The notes: generated from the sequence alone by a model not told the origin. A stretch of 64,000 nt of DNA from Octopus sinensis (GCF_006345805.1 NC_043017.1:19468001-19532000); one strand, 5' to 3'. Shown: positions 13,404-26,722, counted from the stretch's first letter. Program-made: numbers and translations.

Positions 13404-13600
13404 AGTTAATCCAACCATGAAAGCACAAAAAAACACAACAACGCGAGGACGTGGAACAAATATAGTATTATTGGACGCTCAGGAAAGAAGGAGGGTTTAA
13501 CATTTCGAGTGGAGCTCTTTGTCGGAAACATAGGAGAAGGAAAGATCCAGAGAAGGGAAGACAGAGGAAAAAAAATCGCCAACGGTACACACGTGGACAC
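13404..13600 (-). mobile_element. Dispersed repeat resembling a Penelope-like element terminus, with a degenerate hammerhead-like skeleton
   Basis: Near-identical to 59201-59380; minus strand reads gttt-CCGACAA-a-gag ctcca ctc-GAAAT-gtt-aaac (13529-13495). Penelope assignment is inference. Confidence 0.5.
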
Positions 13601-13736
13601 ATTTTGAATGTATATACATATATACACACATGTATATATAGTTTGTGAGTATGTCTTTTTGTGTAAGAGAGACAGAGGGATAATGTGAAAAGGTAAAAAA
13701 AAAAAAAAAAAGAGAGAGAGAGAGCAAAATATTTAC

Positions 13737-13882
13737 CCAGCCCTTCTTTTTGTTCTTTTTCTTGCCGATGTCACCATCTGTGGCAGCAGACTGCTGGCTG
13801 GCAGCACTGCAAGCACTAGACAAACTGTTGATACTGGACATGCTGTCTGAGGACATTTGCCGAATTATACGAGCTTCTGATC
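13737..13882 (-). CDS. NAV2: Neuron navigator coding exon, (G)SEARIIRQMSSDSMSSINSLSSACSAASQQSAATDGDIGKKKNKKKGW
   Basis: tttcag/gtaaat sites; 146 nt, phase 1-0; RQxSSDSxSSINS and KKK..W motifs of NAV proteins; overlaps ORF 13497..13856. Confidence 0.95.
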
Positions 13883-13965
13883 CTGAAAGAAATAAAAGAA
13901 AATTAGCTGATTATATTATAAAACAGTTTTTTAGGGGTCAGCAACAGATATGGTTAATCCTTTAA

Positions 13966-14184
13966 CCCTTTAGTATTTAAACCGGCCATACCCGGCCAAA
14001 ATAGCTAATCTGTTTTATGTTCAAACTGACCAGATCCAGGCTCTCACACCTACCCTACAATGTTATTCTACATTAAGTAATTACACCATCAAGATCTTGA
14101 AGATATGAGATAATGCATGATTAATTCAAATCAATGGGAATCAACAGGCATTATGTTTGATTGAATAATCTGAACAGTAAAGGG
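13966..14184. mobile_element. piggyBac-type MITE (family H2)
   Basis: TTAA-CCCTTTA...TAAAGGG-TTAA; same family as the split copy 24091-25335 and the copy near 50385-50555. Confidence 0.8.
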
Positions 14185-14623
14185 TTAATCATTTTTTTAA
14201 TGTTTGGACCCCTAGGAAACACAAAAGCTGGCAATGGCATGATTTTGTGCTTATGGCTGAAATGAACGATGTACTAGGTCCAAACAAATGCTAATGAATT
14301 TATAAGATAAGTGTTAACAAATTCATAAGACATGTATTAACGAATCTATAAGACTGGTGTTAGTGAATGTACAAGACAGTCACCATTGTCATCATCATAA
14401 TCAGTATCTAATGTCCCCTTTCCATGCTGGCATGGGTTGGACAGTTTGACAGGGAACTGGCAATCTGCAAGGCTGCATCAGGCTCCAATGTCATTTTTGG
14501 CATGATTCCTATGGCTGGATGCCATTCCTAATGCCAACCACTTCCCAGAGTGTACTGGACAAATTTAGAAGACAAATGTTAGGGAATTGAAGACGTTCAT
14601 CAAACAGTCATGGATTGACTTAC

Positions 14624-14747
14624 CTCCTGCAGCAGGAGAAGTATGTCTACGCCCAATATTCGGACTGATTGTTGAATCGGGATTGTTAAGTCCGCTTTGT
14701 CGCTTTAAGGCCTCAATTGTCGCTCTTAATTCGTTGAGTTCCGAATC
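14624..14747 (-). CDS. NAV2: Neuron navigator coding exon, DSELNELRATIEALKRQSGLNNPDSTISPNIGRRHTSPAAG
   Basis: tttcag acceptor, gtaagt donor; 124 nt, phase 0-1; continues AEQK|DSELNELR as in NAV2. Confidence 0.95.
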
Positions 14748-15560
14748 CTGAAAAATATAAAGACAGAGGCGTGGTTAAGAAAAAGAATAATAAAATAAAG
14801 CTTTGAGGTTTATTTATGTATTTATTATTATGTTTGAGTGTTTTTACTTAAGGTCAAATATTGAAGGAAAATTTTAAATTGGTTTGCAAATAAATAAAAT
14901 TGACTGATCAGATTGGAATGACAACAACAACAACAACAGCAATAGCAGAACAGGACATTAAATTCACTTAGTAGATTAAGAAAAACAACAGGAGAAAGAG
15001 GATATATATAGAGAAGGGAGAAATGAAAAATAAAATATTTGTCTTCTTAATTAAGGTTAAATATTGAGAAAATAAATTTGTTGAAAGAGAAATCAATAAA
15101 TTGATTCAGAAATAGATCAAATCAAAAATCAAAGAAAAGAATACAGAAAAAAGAGAAAATGTATTTATTATTCACATTTGTCAAGGGTTGGGGAGCTGGC
15201 CAGAATCAGTAGAGCATCAGGCAAAATGTGAAGGAATATTTATTCTGGCTCTTCACATTCTAAGTTCAAATATCACTGAGATCACATTGCCAGTCACCCT
15301 TTCAGGGAGGTCAACGAAATAAGGTACCATCCATGTACTGAGGGCCAATGATACTGACTGAATCAAAAGCAATTATTACAAACCTGCAATCCTTGTAGAT
15401 TTTAAAATATATACAAAGGAAAGGCATTGCAGGGAGCATTCATCATCATCATCATCATCATTTGACACACGTCTTCCATGGTGGTAAGCCAGAGAGCTTC
15501 AGCAGTGTTCATTGTTTGTTTGGGTTTGCTTTCTATGTCTGGATGCCCTTCCTAATAACT

Positions 15561-15593
<33 letters not shown>

Positions 15594-16102
15594 GGCACAG
15601 GCATGGCTGTGGTAACAAAAACTGAAGGAAGCCTGTCATATATATATAGAATGGTTGTATACTGTCAATCTAACGTGAACGTGACAGTAGGGGGTTACAC
15701 CACCGCTGTTTAGCCCTAGGAAGCATCGACGCTTCCTGATGGCTTCGACACATTTTTCCTGTGTCCTTATATACATTTACATATGTTGTGTGTGTGTGCT
15801 TGTGAGTCTGTGTTTGTCCCCTGACCATCACTTGACAATCAATGTTGGTGAGTTTACGTCCCTATAACTTAGTGGCTCGGCAAAAGAGGCTGATAGAGTA
15901 AGTACTAGGCTTACAAAGAATAAGTCCTGGGGTCAGTTTGTTCGACTAAATGGCTCTGCTCCAGCATGGCCACACTCAAATGACTGAAACACGTAAAAGA
16001 CTATATATAATACCATTCTAAAAGCATTAGCTTGGTGCGTGAATAATATCAGAACAAACGTAATCTCTTTTGTAATGCTCTATACATTACACCAGACACA
16101 TG

Positions 16103-16135
<33 letters not shown>

Positions 16136-16794
16136 GTGTGTTCCCCTCCAGATTATTGAGAATAATAATTCCTCAAAAAAAGACAAAACAAAACACTGCA
16201 AAAATACAAAAAAAAAGGCTAACAGCTATTAGCCCCTTCACCAATAGTTCTTTTTTTTTCATGTTGTTATTCCCCACCCCCAATACAAATGGTGGGGGGT
16301 GGGGGTAAGAGGAGGGAGAAATGGCTTAAGCTATTAAGTTGAAGATGCTGTATGCGCTGAAGGTGGAGAAGGTGATGGTAGCGGTGGTGGTGTTGGTGGG
16401 GGGGGGAGAGACTTTCTTCGTTTTTGATATACTCAACACCTGGAGGTGGTTATAAAGTACTTGATCCTTTGTTTTTCCTTGGCTTACTTAACTCCCTGAC
16501 CCCCACCCAGAAACTCCTTCCTGATCCCTCTTCTTCCATAGCCCCTTATACATTTATTTTTCTTGCAGAGTGTATGGAGTATGAGGTTTTGAGATTACAG
16601 CATTTCCGACGCATAATATCCACGGATATTCTTACAATTGCTCCCCAAAAATAACAAAAGGTTGGTGCAGACATGGCTGTGTGGTAAGAAGTTTGCTTCC
16701 CAACCACATGGTTCTGGGTTCAGTCCTGCTGCATGGCACCTTGGGCTGACCAAAGCCTTGTGAGTTGATTTGGTAGACAGAAACAGAAAGAAGC

Positions 16795-16834
<40 letters not shown>

Positions 16835-16963
16835 ATAGTCGCCGGGGGCTAAATGCATCAGTAACACCACCACCACCCCGCCCTGTCCCTAGCCACATTC
16901 AGATGGCTGATCCCGCTTATATTACAGAGCAGTTACTGTTTATACCTCGCTCAGAGATTTATT

Positions 16964-17000
<37 letters not shown>

Positions 17001-17495
17001 ATTATCTGAAGTGTACAGTATTATATATCCATTACTGCCGATCTTACCAATCAGTTTCATGCTAGAGATTCAACAGTGTTAGGTAACAATCCAATTATGT
17101 AACCCTGTGCTCATCAGAGGTAGCCGATATGGAATAAAATATGGCAATTGCTGTCTATTGTTGGAGCTGAATAGACACATCTGGTTTGCAGTTGCTGTGT
17201 AAAAGATGATGAAATGAAATGAGTAGGGGATTGAGTTAAGAGTGTACACTTCAGATAATCCACCCACTCTTTTGATAGATATACGAGTACATGTTTTTCC
17301 CTGACTTATGGACTCTTAGATGACTTACAGTTACATACACACACACACATATGTGTGCATTTTTGTCACCCACCACCACCTGACAACCAATGTTGGTGTG
17401 TTTATGTCCCTGTAACTTAGTGGTTTGGCAAAAAGTGACTGCTAGAATAAGTATCAGGCTTAAAAAAATAATGGGCTGGATTCATTTGACAAAAC

Positions 17496-17767
17496 CAGGG
17501 GTCTCCAAAGTAGTTGATATCGATCTCTGTGGGTCAATGGGACTATTCAAGGGGTTGATAAATGCACAGCTACTTTATTATTATTATTATTATTTATTCA
17601 TTGGTACAGCCTTCTCAGTCAAACCGTCCAACCCATGCCTGCATGGAAAGCGAATGTTAAATGACGATGATGATGATGATTTATTGTCTTGTACATGCCT
17701 GGGGGTTGATGAGTGGTCAAGGATTCCATGAAGGAGGTTGATGGTCTAAAAAGTTTTGGGACCCCTG
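17496..17767. mobile_element. hAT-type MITE inserted in a family C SINE
   Basis: TIR CAGGGGTCTCCAAA / TTTTGGGACCCCTG; 8-bp TSD gacaaaac/gactaaac (7 of 8). Confidence 0.75.
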
Positions 17768-18935
17768 GACTAAACATTCTTCAAAGTGGTGCCTCAGTAT
17801 GGCTGCTGTCTAATGATTGAAACACGGAAAAGCTAAAAGTTAAAAGCTAAGTAATTTTGCATATTATCTCTTCTTAAAGTCTGGTCAGAAGGTTTTTCAT
17901 TTCCTATTTTTCTTTGGCGGTGGTGGTGGTGGTGGTGGGGCTCTGAACTTTCAGAAATCTCTGAAATAAACATGTTCACATTCATATATATATATATATG
18001 ACAGGCTTCTTTCAGTTTCCGTCTATCAAATCCACTCATAAGGCTTTGATTAACCTGGGGCTGTTGCAAAAGATAATTGCCCAAGGTGCTGTACAGTGGG
18101 ACTGAACCAAAAACCACAAGGCACACAAAAGTTGCTATCCCTTGGCTGTCAATGTCCACATGAAACAGTGATGATGTTTACATTCTTGTTGACATTACAA
18201 CCAATAGCTCTGCACTTTCAAAGACCTCTGAAATAAAAATATCTCTTACTTGAGTAAAACCATGACGTTTATCCAAGAAAATGACCACAGACTTTGGCTG
18301 ACATAGCTTGACCACAGTCTCATTGCAGATATTATTATCAGAAGACAAAGAGATGGGACAGAAACCACAAGGTATTGTACTGATCCCTTTAACAATTTTA
18401 CTAAACCACTGTCCCTGGATTGGTCCCTATTTTTAATTGAGCCCCACGGAAAAGACGATAAGCAAACTAAACCTTCAGACAAACTTTAAGAAAAACTAGG
18501 ATGCAAAATTATGAAATCAGCTGCTGTTATTTTGGAGCCAAGTTGTGAGAATATCTGCACAAATTATGCGTTAGAAATACTGTATCTGGGCAAATAACGA
18601 ACGAGAAGAATTAGTAAGCTCTGTATCCGTACTCTGAGCAGCCATGACACTACCACCAGCATCACCATTCATACTCTCCAAAAATAGAGGTTCACAGCTT
18701 GATACGAAAGCTTATTTTTCAAGTGCACTGAATTTGGCATTGGAAAAGTTAAAGATAAAACAAACAACAAAGTTTGGAGTGAACCCGTCCCCACCATCCC
18801 TTGCTGTCAGTAATCCCATAGGTTGATAACGATAGTTTTAAGGAGATATTTATATATACATATATATATATACACATTCACATATCTACATACATATATA
18901 TATATACACACACATTCACATATCTACATACATAC

Positions 18936-18990
<55 letters not shown>

Positions 18991-19437
18991 TATATATATA
19001 TATATATGTTTATATATATATATATATAATATATATATATATAAACATACACATGTGCATATAAGGTGCATGTGAAGGTGTAATATTATCACTAATAATA
19101 CTTGCTGATAACGAGCAAAATAATTTCGGTATTAATTTACCAAATCAATTTCAAGAAGGGAATCTCTACTGATAAGATAACTTAATCAGTATGGCATTGT
19201 AAGCAGCCCCAAATTATCACGATCATCATTGTTATTATTATTATTATGATCATCAACATCATAATTTTTTTTATGCCACAAGGGAAGTGCCAGAATATCT
19301 GCATAAGCTGTTTTACTCTGAGCAACTTTTTACACAGAGTTGAAGGTGGGGCCATGTCACCAGAACATTAAGCAACATGGTTATATCGTAGAGAAGCTGC
19401 TTTCTACCTTATGCGTTTCTCTTTACATGCTTCAGTG

Positions 19438-19757
19438 AAGGCATGTGACTTTGTGGTTGGGGGTATTCGGCTCACGATTGTAAGATGGTGAGCTCGATTC
19501 ACGGCAACGCATTGTGTCCTTGAGCAAGACACTTTATTTCGTGTGGCTCCAGTCCACTCAGCTGGCAAAAATGAGTAGTACCTGATTTCAAAGGACCAGC
19601 GTTGTCACATCCTGTGTCATGCTGAACCTCCCTGAGAACTACGTTAAGAGCATGTGTGTCTGTGAAGTACTCAGCCACTTGCATGTTAATTTCATGAGCA
19701 GGCTGTCCCATTGATTGGATCAACTAGAACCCTTGTCATCATAATTGATGGCATGCT
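19438..19757 (+). mobile_element. tRNA/CORE-like SINE family F
   Basis: Degenerate tRNA head then ttgtgtccttgagcaagacacttta (CORE-like); related pieces near 28230-28330 and 46170-46420. Confidence 0.65.
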
Positions 19758-20997
19758 AGTCGCATGCCCCAGGTTAGCATTGAGTGTGCAGAACTGGGAT
19801 CAAATGGCACTGAAGTAGAGACCACAGTGACCATCAAGCCTTTTTTTTTAGCCCTTTTCTTATTGTATTTATACTGCAGTATATAAACTGTGTTTGTTTT
19901 AATTAATTAGCTAAAACACCGAAGAATTCAGTCAAATAACTTTATTATTATTAAGGGGGAGGGAGTAAAATGCTTAGGGACATTTCTACTGGTCTTATGA
20001 GTTCAAACTCCACCGAAGTCACCTTTGCCTTTCATCCTTCCATTCCAGAGTCGTTAAGACAAGTATCAGTTGAGTACTGGGGTCAATGTAATCCAGTCCC
20101 TAACTCCTTAAAATTGCCAAAACAAGAAAGGATTATTAAGTTGGGATGAGGTGGCAAGCTGGCAAAGTCATTAGCATGTTGGTCAAAATTCCTAATGGCA
20201 TTTCTTCTGTCTTTACATTCTGAGTTCAAATTCTGCCAAGGTTGACTTTGCCTTTCACGCTTTCAGGGTCGATAAACAACCACAGAAATTGTATTCACCT
20301 CATTGATTGGTTGAAATTGCCAAAATGCAAGAAATTAAACAAGAAATAGCCTACAAACTACAGAATTTTCTCAAGAAAGCCAAGAGAAAAAGATGTTTTA
20401 TGTAACACATTTTACCAGTATATGAAGTTTAAAAGTGTTTAGTTAAAAAGAAATTATTTTAAAAATCTGCCGGTCAAAGTGAAAAGATTCCTTTTGTGGT
20501 TTATCCCCAGGCCAGGCCTAACTCTTTTGTTAGCTCCATTTGTTCCCATTATTTTTGGAAATAATGAATTTAGCAAAATAACATTGATGCTGGTGTTTGG
20601 AATGTAAATTAACAAAATTAACATGAAATTTTGATGGAAGGTTTTAATTTAGATGACTTGAAAACAAAATATCTGTATCATAGAACCAGAAGCAGTCTCA
20701 GACAGGTTGGTACTAAAAGAGTTATGAAGCTTGTAAGTAGGTAGGCAGGAAACCAGAAGCTCTGGTTTAAATGTTTGCCATTCTGTAAAAGACAGAGAAG
20801 GATCCACTTAACAAACTCTTAATTAACCCTTTCATTATCATATTTCTGTTGAAATCCACTGCCTTTGTCTCAAATAATTTTGAAAATTTTGAAGAATTTC
20901 GTGAAACAACTTTCTCTTCATTAATCAGGGGTTTGGAAGATAAATTAACATGGAATTTTAGTGGAAGGTTCTAATTTCTATCACTTTAAAACAGGAA

Positions 20998-21470
20998 GCC
21001 TTGTTTCCCTGGGCATGGATTCACTGAAGCTCTGGCGATGGACTTGGTAAACACCCACAAAGTTATCAACCACCTCACCAACAACAACACTGAACACCTT
21101 TTTGATCTCCATGTGTCCAACATACGTGGACATGCCTACAAAGTCAGAAAACAGCACAGCTCCCATGACTTTCGGAAACATTTTTTCACGCTCAGAGTTG
21201 CTGAAGCATGGAACAAAAATGCCTGCATCAGTTGTTGACTGCCATGACACTGCATCCTTTAAGGCCCTCATGCTTTCCGAAATCCGCTGAAACTACACCT
21301 GATTGTCCCCCTTCCATACTCATACACATATTGTTTCATGACTCATGCACTGTTCTTTTCTGATGCTTGTACATACCCTATGTACTATACATACACTTTA
21401 GATGATGTAGTGCACCTGAGCACTGTACACAATGTTTTATTATTATATTATTATTATTATTATTATTATA
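20998..21470 (+). mobile_element. CR1-clade LINE 3' fragment inserted in a MITE
   Basis: DLVNTHKVI...RGHAYKVRKQH...RKHFFTLRVAEAWNK/MPASVVDC..SFK matches the CR1 ORF2 C-terminus; (TTA)n tail. Confidence 0.85.
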
Positions 21471-22080
21471 TAACTAAGAGAGTCTCAGGCAGTTTGGTAT
21501 CCAAAGGACTAAGTTAGCAGGCAAGGAACCAGAATATCTGGTTCAAATGTTTGCCATTCTGCAAAAGACAGGAGTCATTTGACAACTCTTAACCATTTTG
21601 TTATCATCTTTCTGTTGAAATACACAGATTTTGAAAATAATGAGGAACTTAGTAAACTATCTTTAGTCATTTTCAATCTGGTGTTTGGACCAGAAATTAT
21701 AATGAAATTTTGATGGCAGGTTTTAAAAAGAGGAAATTTGTATCATATAAGTAGAGGTGGTCTTGTTGGGATGGTATTAAGAGTGTCAAATGTGAAATAT
21801 ACCGGTTCATTTTCTTTTCATCACATACAAGAATGTTCATCTTTATAACATAAAATTTTTTTTTTAAAACAAACACAGAAAATTATCTTTCAAGATAACA
21901 GAATATCTTTAAAGATAGTTTTTTTTTGGGGGGGGGGCAGAATAGGAGAGATGGTGGTGGTGGTAGTGTTGATGATGGAGTTATAAATCTTTTTGGCAGA
22001 AACCAATCTGTAAGATGGTGCCTCTGGAGAAATATACATATATACATACACATGTATGTAAGCATGTATGTGTGTGTGTG

Positions 22081-22118
<38 letters not shown>

Positions 22119-22719
22119 ATACATACACACACACACATGTATATATATATGTATACTTATCTATATTCTTTTAACTGCTTTCAGCACAAGAGCTGCGGCT
22201 GTATAACTTTCATATATGTGCATACATACAAAAACATATACATACATGTATAAACATTATACACACACACGCATGTTTTTCAGTTTCACTTTCACAAATG
22301 CACAACATTCCTGCCTCACCTTCTGGGAATGCTCCAATAGCACACACAATTCCAAAGAGAGAATTTCAAACCCAATGCGCAAGATCTGTCATGTCATGAA
22401 CTGCCATCTTGCAAGAATGAAATATCACTGTGGCCATGCTGGGGCACTGCCTGGAATAACTTTAAGTTGAATGCAATCGACCCCGGTACTTAATTTTTTA
22501 ATGTCTAGTACTTATTCTATCAATCCGTTTTGTCAAACTGCTAAGTTATGGGGACAGAAACCCACTGACACTGGTTGTCAAGTGGCGGTGAGGGATAAAC
22601 ACATACCTAAAAGGGTGTTGGTTATGGCTGGCCAGAGAGTGACCATTGGTTTTGCACCTATAAGGTCCTTAGCAGTATATGTATTTTGTCAGACACAAAT
22701 GGCCGGATGAACATAACCT

Positions 22720-23001
22720 CTCTACAACAGGACCACCTGACTGGCTCCCGTGCTGGTGGCACATAAAAAGCACTATCTGAACGTGGCTGATGCCAGGCAT
22801 GTCCAACTGGTTCCTGTGTCAGTGGCACGTAAAAAGCACCCATTACGCTCCTGGAGTGGTTGGCATTAGGAAGGGCATCCAGCTGTAGAAACATTGCCAG
22901 ATCAGATTGGAGCCTGGTGCAGCCTTCTGGCTCTCCAGACCTCAGTCAAACCTGTCCAACCCATGCCAGCATGGAAAACAGACGTTAAACGATGACGATG
23001 A
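22720..23001 (+). mobile_element. SINE family A with (GAT)n tail
   Basis: ggttggcattaggaagggcatccagctgtagaaac...gcatggaaaacagacgttaaacgatga; other copies near 1240-1565, 5720-5895, 6655-6850(-), 14390-14560(-), 30669-30955(-), 32610-32760 and 63280-63497. Confidence 0.8.
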
Positions 23002-24159
23002 TGTGTGTGTGTGTGCCAAAAGCAAAATACTTATCTCTCAATATGTATATATATATATGTATGTGTGTATATACACACGTACACAAACACACATATATAT
23101 ACATACATATATAAAATACACATATACATATATACATGATACATACACACACATGTATATATATATATATATATATACATATTGCCTCTGTATCATAGTT
23201 TGCAGACGAGGAGAATTATGCAAGGGATAAGAGATAAATATCTTCTCACATGCTCCATTAGATAAACAGGACTATAAAAAATCAAAATAGAAATTTATTT
23301 ACACAGAAATAGCTTAACTGACGAACTCAAATAGACGTCTGCAGAGAATCTGGGGGGAATCTGTTCAATAGCCTTCAGTAATGGCCGATTTCTTTTATAT
23401 TCTATTTCATTATTTATTTTTTTAATCAACAACAAATGTTAAAGAGTTATTTTGTTGCTGCTGTGTGTTTCTTTATCCCTTGTTTTTTGGCGTATGTTCT
23501 TGGGGAGAAATTCTTAAGAAGCTCGTAAGTTGCAAGATAGGGAACCAGAAGGATTTTTGTTCAAATATTTGCCATTCTGTAATATGGCAGAGAAGCATCC
23601 ACTTAACCCTTTTGTTACCGAATTTCTTTAGTAATACTCTGTTTCAATCAGTTTCGAAAATAATGAAGAATTTAATAAAGTAATTTTGTTAATATTAACT
23701 TGGTGCTTGGAACATAAATTAACGGGAAATTTTGATGGACAGGTTTAATTTAGATAATTTTAAAACAAGGAATTTGTATAACAGAACCAGGGGCTGTCCC
23801 AGGGAGATTGGAATCTAAAGTGTTAAGAAGTTGGCAGGCAGGGAACTAGAATGTTTGCCATTCTGTAAAAGACAGAAGGATTCATATTTCTGATGAAGTA
23901 CACAGCTTTTGTTTCAATTAATTTTGAAAATAAAGAACTTTGTAAAATGACTTTATTGTTATTTAAGCTGGTGCAAGGAACATAACATGAAAATTTGATG
24001 GAAAGTTTTAAACTAGATTGTTTTAAAACAGAAAGTTTGTATCATAGAGGCAATGAGCAGTCACAGACAGGTTCGTATTAAAAGGGTTAACCTTTTAGCA
24101 TTCACATTATTGTCAAAACTAATGCTACTTTATTCATATTGTTTTTAATTGATCATGCA

Positions 24160-24521
24160 TCTCTATATATATAAACGGCAAAATGTCTGTGTGTGTATCC
24201 TTTATACAAATCCACAATTTTTCAATTAGAGGGCTCGCACTTTCTATGGTCATTCAAAACCGTTCAAGGGTGGTCGTGCACATCTTTACATTTCCCCAGT
24301 CACCCCGCAAAGCCATTAAAAAAAAATCAACATAAGTAACTTTTTTGTGAATTTTCTATCCAAAACCCAATCAAAATGCCTGAAACTTGATACGCAATTG
24401 AATGCCAGCTAGCTGTATGTGATTGGACTGAGATTTGGACAGTACTCATGTGTATGTGCGCACGCAGCTGTATATGCATGCACTAGCACTATGACCTGGC
24501 GTTGCCGGGTCATAGTGCTAA
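24160..24521 (+). mobile_element. Non-autonomous Helitron-like element
   Basis: 5' TC(tc)tatatatataaa; 3' GC-rich hairpin ggc-gtt-gcc followed by CTAA(G-like) end; sits between A and T; subterminal inverted repeat agcactatgacc/ggtcatagtgct. Confidence 0.6.
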
Positions 24522-24539
24522 TTATAATATAAATATATA

Positions 24540-24900
24540 ATACAATGAAATTGTTGTATACAGGGCTTAAGTGCATGACAACAACAACAAAACAAAAAGG
24601 CATTAGGTGTACCGTTTGCAAATTTCAGAAAGCACAGAAACTTTGAAGAATGTAGTGTCTTGACAGCTAACAATTGATGGGGGCAGTTTATTCTATACTT
24701 CAGCAGTTCTGAGCATGAAAACAGGTTTCTGAAACTCATGGGTGCTGTGCTGTTTTTTGATTGTGTAAGCATGTCCCTGAGTGTTTGACATTTAGAATTC
24801 AAAAAGGTGCCCAAGGCTGTTGCTGGAAAGATGGTGAATAATCTTGTGGATGTTTGCCAAGTCAGTCACCACACGGCTGGGCTTGAATGTATTCTTGCCC
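24540..24900 (-). mobile_element. Older copy of the same CR1 3' fragment
   Basis: Reverse complement aligns by eye with 21040-21300 (gacttggcaaacatccacaag...cagcacagcacccatgagtttcagaaac). Confidence 0.8.
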
Positions 24901-25578
24901 CGAGATTTCGATGAGGTAACTGTTAATTTTTAGAATGACATAGTAGGGGTTGGTGTGGGAGTCAAGATCTTTCTCGTTTTACTTGTTTCAGTCATTTGAC
25001 CGTGGCCATGCTGGAGCACTGCCTTTAGTCGAGCAAATCGACACCCAGGACTTATTCTTTGTAAGCCTGGAACTTGTTCTATCAGTCTCTTTTGCCAAAC
25101 TGCTAAGTTATGGGGGCATAAACACACCAGCATCGGTTGCCAAGCGATGTTGGGGGGGACGACGACAAACACAAACATATACACATACAGCAGTGGGACT
25201 GAACCTGGAACCATGTGGTTCAAATGCAAGCTACTTACCTCACAGCCACTCCTACACCTATATATATATGCCTACTTTCTACACAAAACGAGTAGAATAT
25301 TTTGGTCGGACATAGCCAGTTCAAATGCTAAAGGGTTAATAAAATTATAAGTTGGGATGTAGGGATCCAGATGGTCTGGTTCAAATGTTTGCCATTCTGT
25401 AAAAGGCAGACAAGGATCCACTTAACAATTTCTATTTAACCATTAAAGACATGTCTAGCCATTGGGCTGCCTCAATGAATTCTGTGTGACCCATTCAAGT
25501 GTAACAAAGTGGGCAATAAATTGATGATGATAATGATGTGTGTACCTGTGTATGTGTAGGGGATGCATATATATACAT

Positions 25579-25627
<49 letters not shown>

Positions 25628-26390
25628 GCCTTGCCTCCAGGCCCTGCTTGTACCAAATCTTGTACATCAGTTTTTATGTTACAGGAGGTGTTTGGGCCGG
25701 GGAGGGGCAGGGAGTGAGGCATGGTTAACTAGCCATTTGAAATACCAGTCAAGTTTGGTTTATAAACATTGTAACATGGCAATGGTAATAACACTAAAGA
25801 GAAAGGAGGAGTAATGGTGTGTGAGGGCAAGACAGAGGAGAGAGAGCGGGGGGGGGAAGACACTAATATAAAAGCCAGGTATTTATATATATATATATAT
25901 ATAGATATATATATATTTATAATATACATATATATGTATGTATACATTGAACTAATCCTGATGGAGCAATAAATGAAGAAATGGTAAGCTACTGAGTGGA
26001 ACGGTGAAGATAACGGTGAGGGGAGGTGGTGTAAATTTGATGCTGGCATGTAAGTTTGTTTGGATAAAGAAGGAGAGACCATTTGACCTAATTCTACAAC
26101 ACCTACAATGCACAAACTAATGAAGATACCTTCACAGGGATCACCCTGCTTGCTAGAAATAGCAGTCAACCCTGCCTCCCTTCCTTGAAATCACATCTTA
26201 CTTACATTAGAAAAAGAAGGGCATTTAGTGTCTGGATAAGGGTCTGTGTTATGGTGGGAATGGCTTTTGATCATAGTAAAGTGGATTAAGGAAGATACCT
26301 TCACAAGAGTCACCCTGCTTGTTAGAAATAGCAGTCAACCCCAACCCCACCTTCAAATCCTATCTTACTACGTTAGAGAAAGAAGGGGTA

Positions 26391-26722
26391 CTTTTTGGTT
26401 ATCTCACCCCTATTAAAAAGTGGACTGACATTTGTCAGTCTGCAAAACGAATTTTATTTATATAAAAATTGTTTAATCCTCAATAAAATAACAAAAAAAA
26501 ATTAATAAACATGAAAACTGAAGAAATTAAACCTCTTATTGAATCTGACAACATTTTCATAACCAATCCTCCCTTGCCTATTGAGGTGGCCAAATGTCAA
26601 CACTGTGTTGAAGTACTGAATCTAAGGGATCTGTTTTAGTTGAATCTCTTGTTGCCACATTAACTCATTTTTTTAGTTGGGAGGTAATCCAATTTTTTAA
26701 TGGGGGTGAGATAACCAAAAAG
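26391..26722. mobile_element. Tc1/mariner-type MITE
   Basis: About 30-bp TIR CTTTTTGGTTATCTCACCCC(T/C)ATTAAAAA with one mismatch; TA TSD at 26389-90 and 26723-24. Confidence 0.85.

Larger units (their letters stand above)
24091..25335. mobile_element. Family H2 MITE split by nested Helitron-like, CR1 and SINE insertions
   Basis: Pieces 24091-24160, about 24900-24972 and about 25280-25335 reassemble the H2 sequence; TTAA at both ends. Confidence 0.7.
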
